NCBI GenBank assembly: GCA_041397825.1
Contig: JAWKVX010000006.1
Coordinates: 292,023 to 356,022 of the forward strand
Source: Hyphomicrobiaceae bacterium
Lineage (GTDB): Bacteria > Pseudomonadota > Alphaproteobacteria > Rhizobiales > Hyphomicrobiaceae
Reading direction: 5' to 3'
DNA length: 64,000 nucleotides
The first letter of the stretch is position 1, and every line of letters starts with the position of its first letter. Below, in pieces: positions 61,532 to 64,000 of the stretch. Below the pieces are notes generated by a model. That model ran no database searches and was not told where the DNA came from. It saw only the letters and a program-made list of their open reading frames with translations. Both the position numbers and the translations under genes were made by a program.

Positions 61532-64000
61532 ATGACCCTTGAACGCTACAACGCGCCGGAGCGCGAGGCCCACTGGCAACAGGTCTGGGCTGACAGAGAG
61601 ACGTTCAAGACCCGCGAGGACGCGAGCAAGCCGAAATACTACGTGCTCGAGATGTTCCCCTACCCTTCGGGCCGGATCCACATGGGTCATGTCCGCAACT
61701 ACACCATGGGCGACGTGGTCGCTCGCTATCGCCGCGCGAAGGGCAGCAACGTGCTGCACCCCATGGGCTGGGATGCCTTCGGCATGCCGGCCGAGAATGC
61801 GGCCATGCAGAACAAGACGCACCCGGCCGAGTGGACCTACGCCAACATCGACACGATGCGTCGGCAGCTCAAGACCATGGGCCTGTCGATCGACTGGTCG
61901 CGGGAGTTCGCCACCTGCCATGTCGACTACTACCGGCACCAGCAGAAGCTCTTTGTCGACATGCTGGCGAAGGGCCTCGCCTACAGGAAATCGTCGAAGG
62001 TCAATTGGGATCCCGTCGACCAGACTGTGCTCGCCAACGAGCAGGTGATCGACGGCCGCGGCTGGCGCTCGGGCGCGCTCGTCGAGCAGAAAGAGCTGAC
62101 GCAGTGGTTCTTCAAGATCACCCAGTATTCGGATGATCTGCTCGAGGCATTGGCAACGCTCGACAAGTGGCCGGAGAAGGTCCGTCTCATGCAGACGAAC
62201 TGGATCGGTCGCTCCGAAGGCATGCAGATCCGATGGGCGTTGAAGGACGCTCCGAAGGGCCACACGGAGCTCGAGATCTTCACGACCCGGCCGGACACGC
62301 TGTTCGGTGCGTCCTTCATGGCCATCGCGCCCGACCATCCGCTGGCCAAGGCGGCGTCGACCTCCAACCCGAAGCTCGCCGCCTTCTGCGACGACTGCCG
62401 GCGCATGGGCACCTCCGTCGCGGATCTGGAATCGGCCGAGAAGCAGGGCTTCGACACCGGTATCAGGGCCGTGCACCCGCTCGATCCCACATGGACCGTG
62501 CCGGTCTATGTCGCGAATTTCGTGCTGATGGAGTACGGCACCGGCGCCATCTTCGGCTGCCCCTCCGGCGACCAGCGCGATCTCGAGTTTGCGCGCAAGT
62601 ACGGCCTGCCGGTCATTCCCGTCGTCATGCCGAAGGACGGAAACGCGGAGACGTTCGCGATCGACGACGAAGCCTATGTGGATGACGGCGTGATGATCAA
62701 TTCGCGCTTTCTCAATGGCATGGATACGGTTGCCGCTTTCAAGGATGTGCAGAGGCGACTGGAGACGGCGACCCTCGGCAATGGTCCGGTCGGCACGCTC
62801 AAGGTCCAATTTCGTCTTCGCGATTGGGGCATCTCGCGGCAGCGGTATTGGGGCTGTCCTATCCCGGTCATTCATTGCAAGAGCTGCGGTGTCGTGCCGG
62901 TTCCAGACAAGGACCTGCCGGTCGTGTTGCCGGATGATGCGACCTTCGACGTGCCAGGCAATCCGCTCGATCGGCATCCGACCTGGAAGCATGTCGCCTG
63001 CCCGAAATGCGGAGCCGAGGCCGAACGCGAGACCGATACCATGGACACGTTCGTCGACTCGTCCTGGTATTTCGTGCGTTTCACCGCACCCGCAGCGGCA
63101 ACGCCGGTCGATGCGACGGCAGCCAAGTACTGGCTGCCGGTCGATCAGTATATCGGCGGCATCGAGCATGCCATTCTACATCTCCTCTACTCGCGCTTCT
63201 TCTGCCGGGCGATGAGTGCGACGGGGCATCTGGCGTTGAAGGAGCCGTTCGGGGCCCTGTTCACACAGGGCATGGTCAATCACGAGACCTACCGCGCGAA
63301 GGACGGGCAATGGGTGACGCCCGCAGAGGTCCGTATCGACAGCGATGCTTCCGGCCGCCGCGCCGTGCTAATCGCAACGGGCGAGCCGGTCGAGATCGGG
63401 TCGGTCGAGAAGATGTCGAAGTCCCGGCGCAACACCGTCGACCCCGACGACATCATCAGCCAGTATGGCGCCGACTGCGCACGCTGGTTCATGCTGTCCG
63501 ATAGCCCACCGGAGCGGGATGTCGAATGGACCGAGGCCGGTGTCGAGGGGGCCCGGCGCTTCATTCAGCGAATCTGGCGCGCGGTCGACGAGGCGGTCGC
63601 CAAGGGGGCGGCAAAGGGCACACCGATGCCGACCGGCTTCGGGGCTGCCGGCGAGGCGCTGCGCCGGGCGGGTCACAAGACCCTCGAGGCCTTCTCCCGG
63701 AATGTCGAGAACCTCCGCTTCAACGTCGCCGTGGCGCAGCTCTACGAGCTGACCTCGACGCTGACCGCGGCCATGGGCCAGAGCGAGGATGGCTTGCCCT
63801 GGGCGATCCGGGAGGCCGCCGAGCTCCTCATCCAGATGCTCGGGCCGATGATGCCACACCTCGCCGAGGAGTGCTGGGCGCGGCTCGGATACAACACTCT
63901 TTTGGCAGATCAGCCCTGGCCGGAGCCCGACAAGGCCTTGCTCGTTGACGATACGATCACCATTGCCGTACAGGTCAATGGCAAGCGCCGTGGCGAGCTG
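61532..64000 (+). CDS. leuS: leucine--tRNA ligase (N-terminal ~823 codons; continues past window end)
   Basis: [41 protein letters not shown] (HIGH), KMSKSRRN (KMSKS). Open to base 64000, so absent from the ORF track. Confidence 0.95.
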   Translation, partial: MTLERYNAPEREAHWQQVWADRETFKTREDASKPKYYVLEMFPYPSGRIHMGHVRNYTMGDVVARYRRAKGSNVLHPMGWDAFGMPAENAAMQNKTHPAEWTYANIDTMRRQLKTMGLSIDWSREFATCHVDYYRHQQKLFVDMLAKGLAYRKSSKVNWDPVDQTVLANEQVIDGRGWRSGALVEQKELTQWFFKITQYSDDLLEALATLDKWPEKVRLMQTNWIGRSEGMQIRWALKDAPKGHTELEIFTTRPDTLFGASFMAIAPDHPLAKAASTSNPKLAAFCDDCRRMGTSVADLESAEKQGFDTGIRAVHPLDPTWTVPVYVANFVLMEYGTGAIFGCPSGDQRDLEFARKYGLPVIPVVMPKDGNAETFAIDDEAYVDDGVMINSRFLNGMDTVAAFKDVQRRLETATLGNGPVGTLKVQFRLRDWGISRQRYWGCPIPVIHCKSCGVVPVPDKDLPVVLPDDATFDVPGNPLDRHPTWKHVACPKCGAEAERETDTMDTFVDSSWYFVRFTAPAAATPVDATAAKYWLPVDQYIGGIEHAILHLLYSRFFCRAMSATGHLALKEPFGALFTQGMVNHETYRAKDGQWVTPAEVRIDSDASGRRAVLIATGEPVEIGSVEKMSKSRRNTVDPDDIISQYGADCARWFMLSDSPPERDVEWTEAGVEGARRFIQRIWRAVDEAVAKGAAKGTPMPTGFGAAGEALRRAGHKTLEAFSRNVENLRFNVAVAQLYELTSTLTAAMGQSEDGLPWAIREAAELLIQMLGPMMPHLAEECWARLGYNTLLADQPWPEPDKALLVDDTITIAVQVNGKRRGEL

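Noticed and set aside
61421-63169. 582-aa minus-strand ORF
   Set aside because: Antisense to leuS. leuS is missing from the track only because it has no stop codon inside the window.

Overview
High-GC alphaproteobacterial (Rhizobiales/Hyphomicrobiales-like) chromosomal DNA covering the replication-origin neighbourhood. The core is the conserved Cori synteny block. Left of a 412-bp non-coding gap (16474-16885), dnaQ, coaE, aroE, maf and a DUF299/ppsR-like gene read leftwards. Right of it, hemE, hemJ, rho, mnmE, mnmG, rsmG, parA and parB read rightwards. Two parS sites are readable by eye, one of them a perfect TGTTTCACGTGAAACA. The rest is mostly housekeeping: giant NAD-glutamate dehydrogenase, a peptide-family ABC importer, ubiH-like, tesB, amtB, ftsK, lolA, xthA, htpX, rsmB, purH, yggS and the 5' part of leuS. 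I call about 48 protein genes. I found no rRNA or tRNA, no CRISPR array, and no transposase, integrase or phage genes. Many long ORFs in the track are antisense or out-of-frame shadows typical of high-GC DNA, and several real genes start well inside the listed ORF. I do not see a convincing complete novel system such as a defence island, secretion apparatus or biosynthetic cluster. The best candidates for undescribed biology are: (1) an orphan three-gene module of two paralogous TadG-like/VWA membrane proteins flanking an extensin-like LAS-metallopeptidase-fold protein, preceded by a sharply AT-rich region; (2) a signal-peptide + acyl-carrier-like + DUF900 hydrolase fusion operonic with a secreted 5'-nucleotidase; (3) a promoter-to-terminator unit between lolA and xthA that folds into C-rich-loop hairpins, either an sRNA or a leader. 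All functional calls rest on reading the translations and motifs by eye, with no database search.
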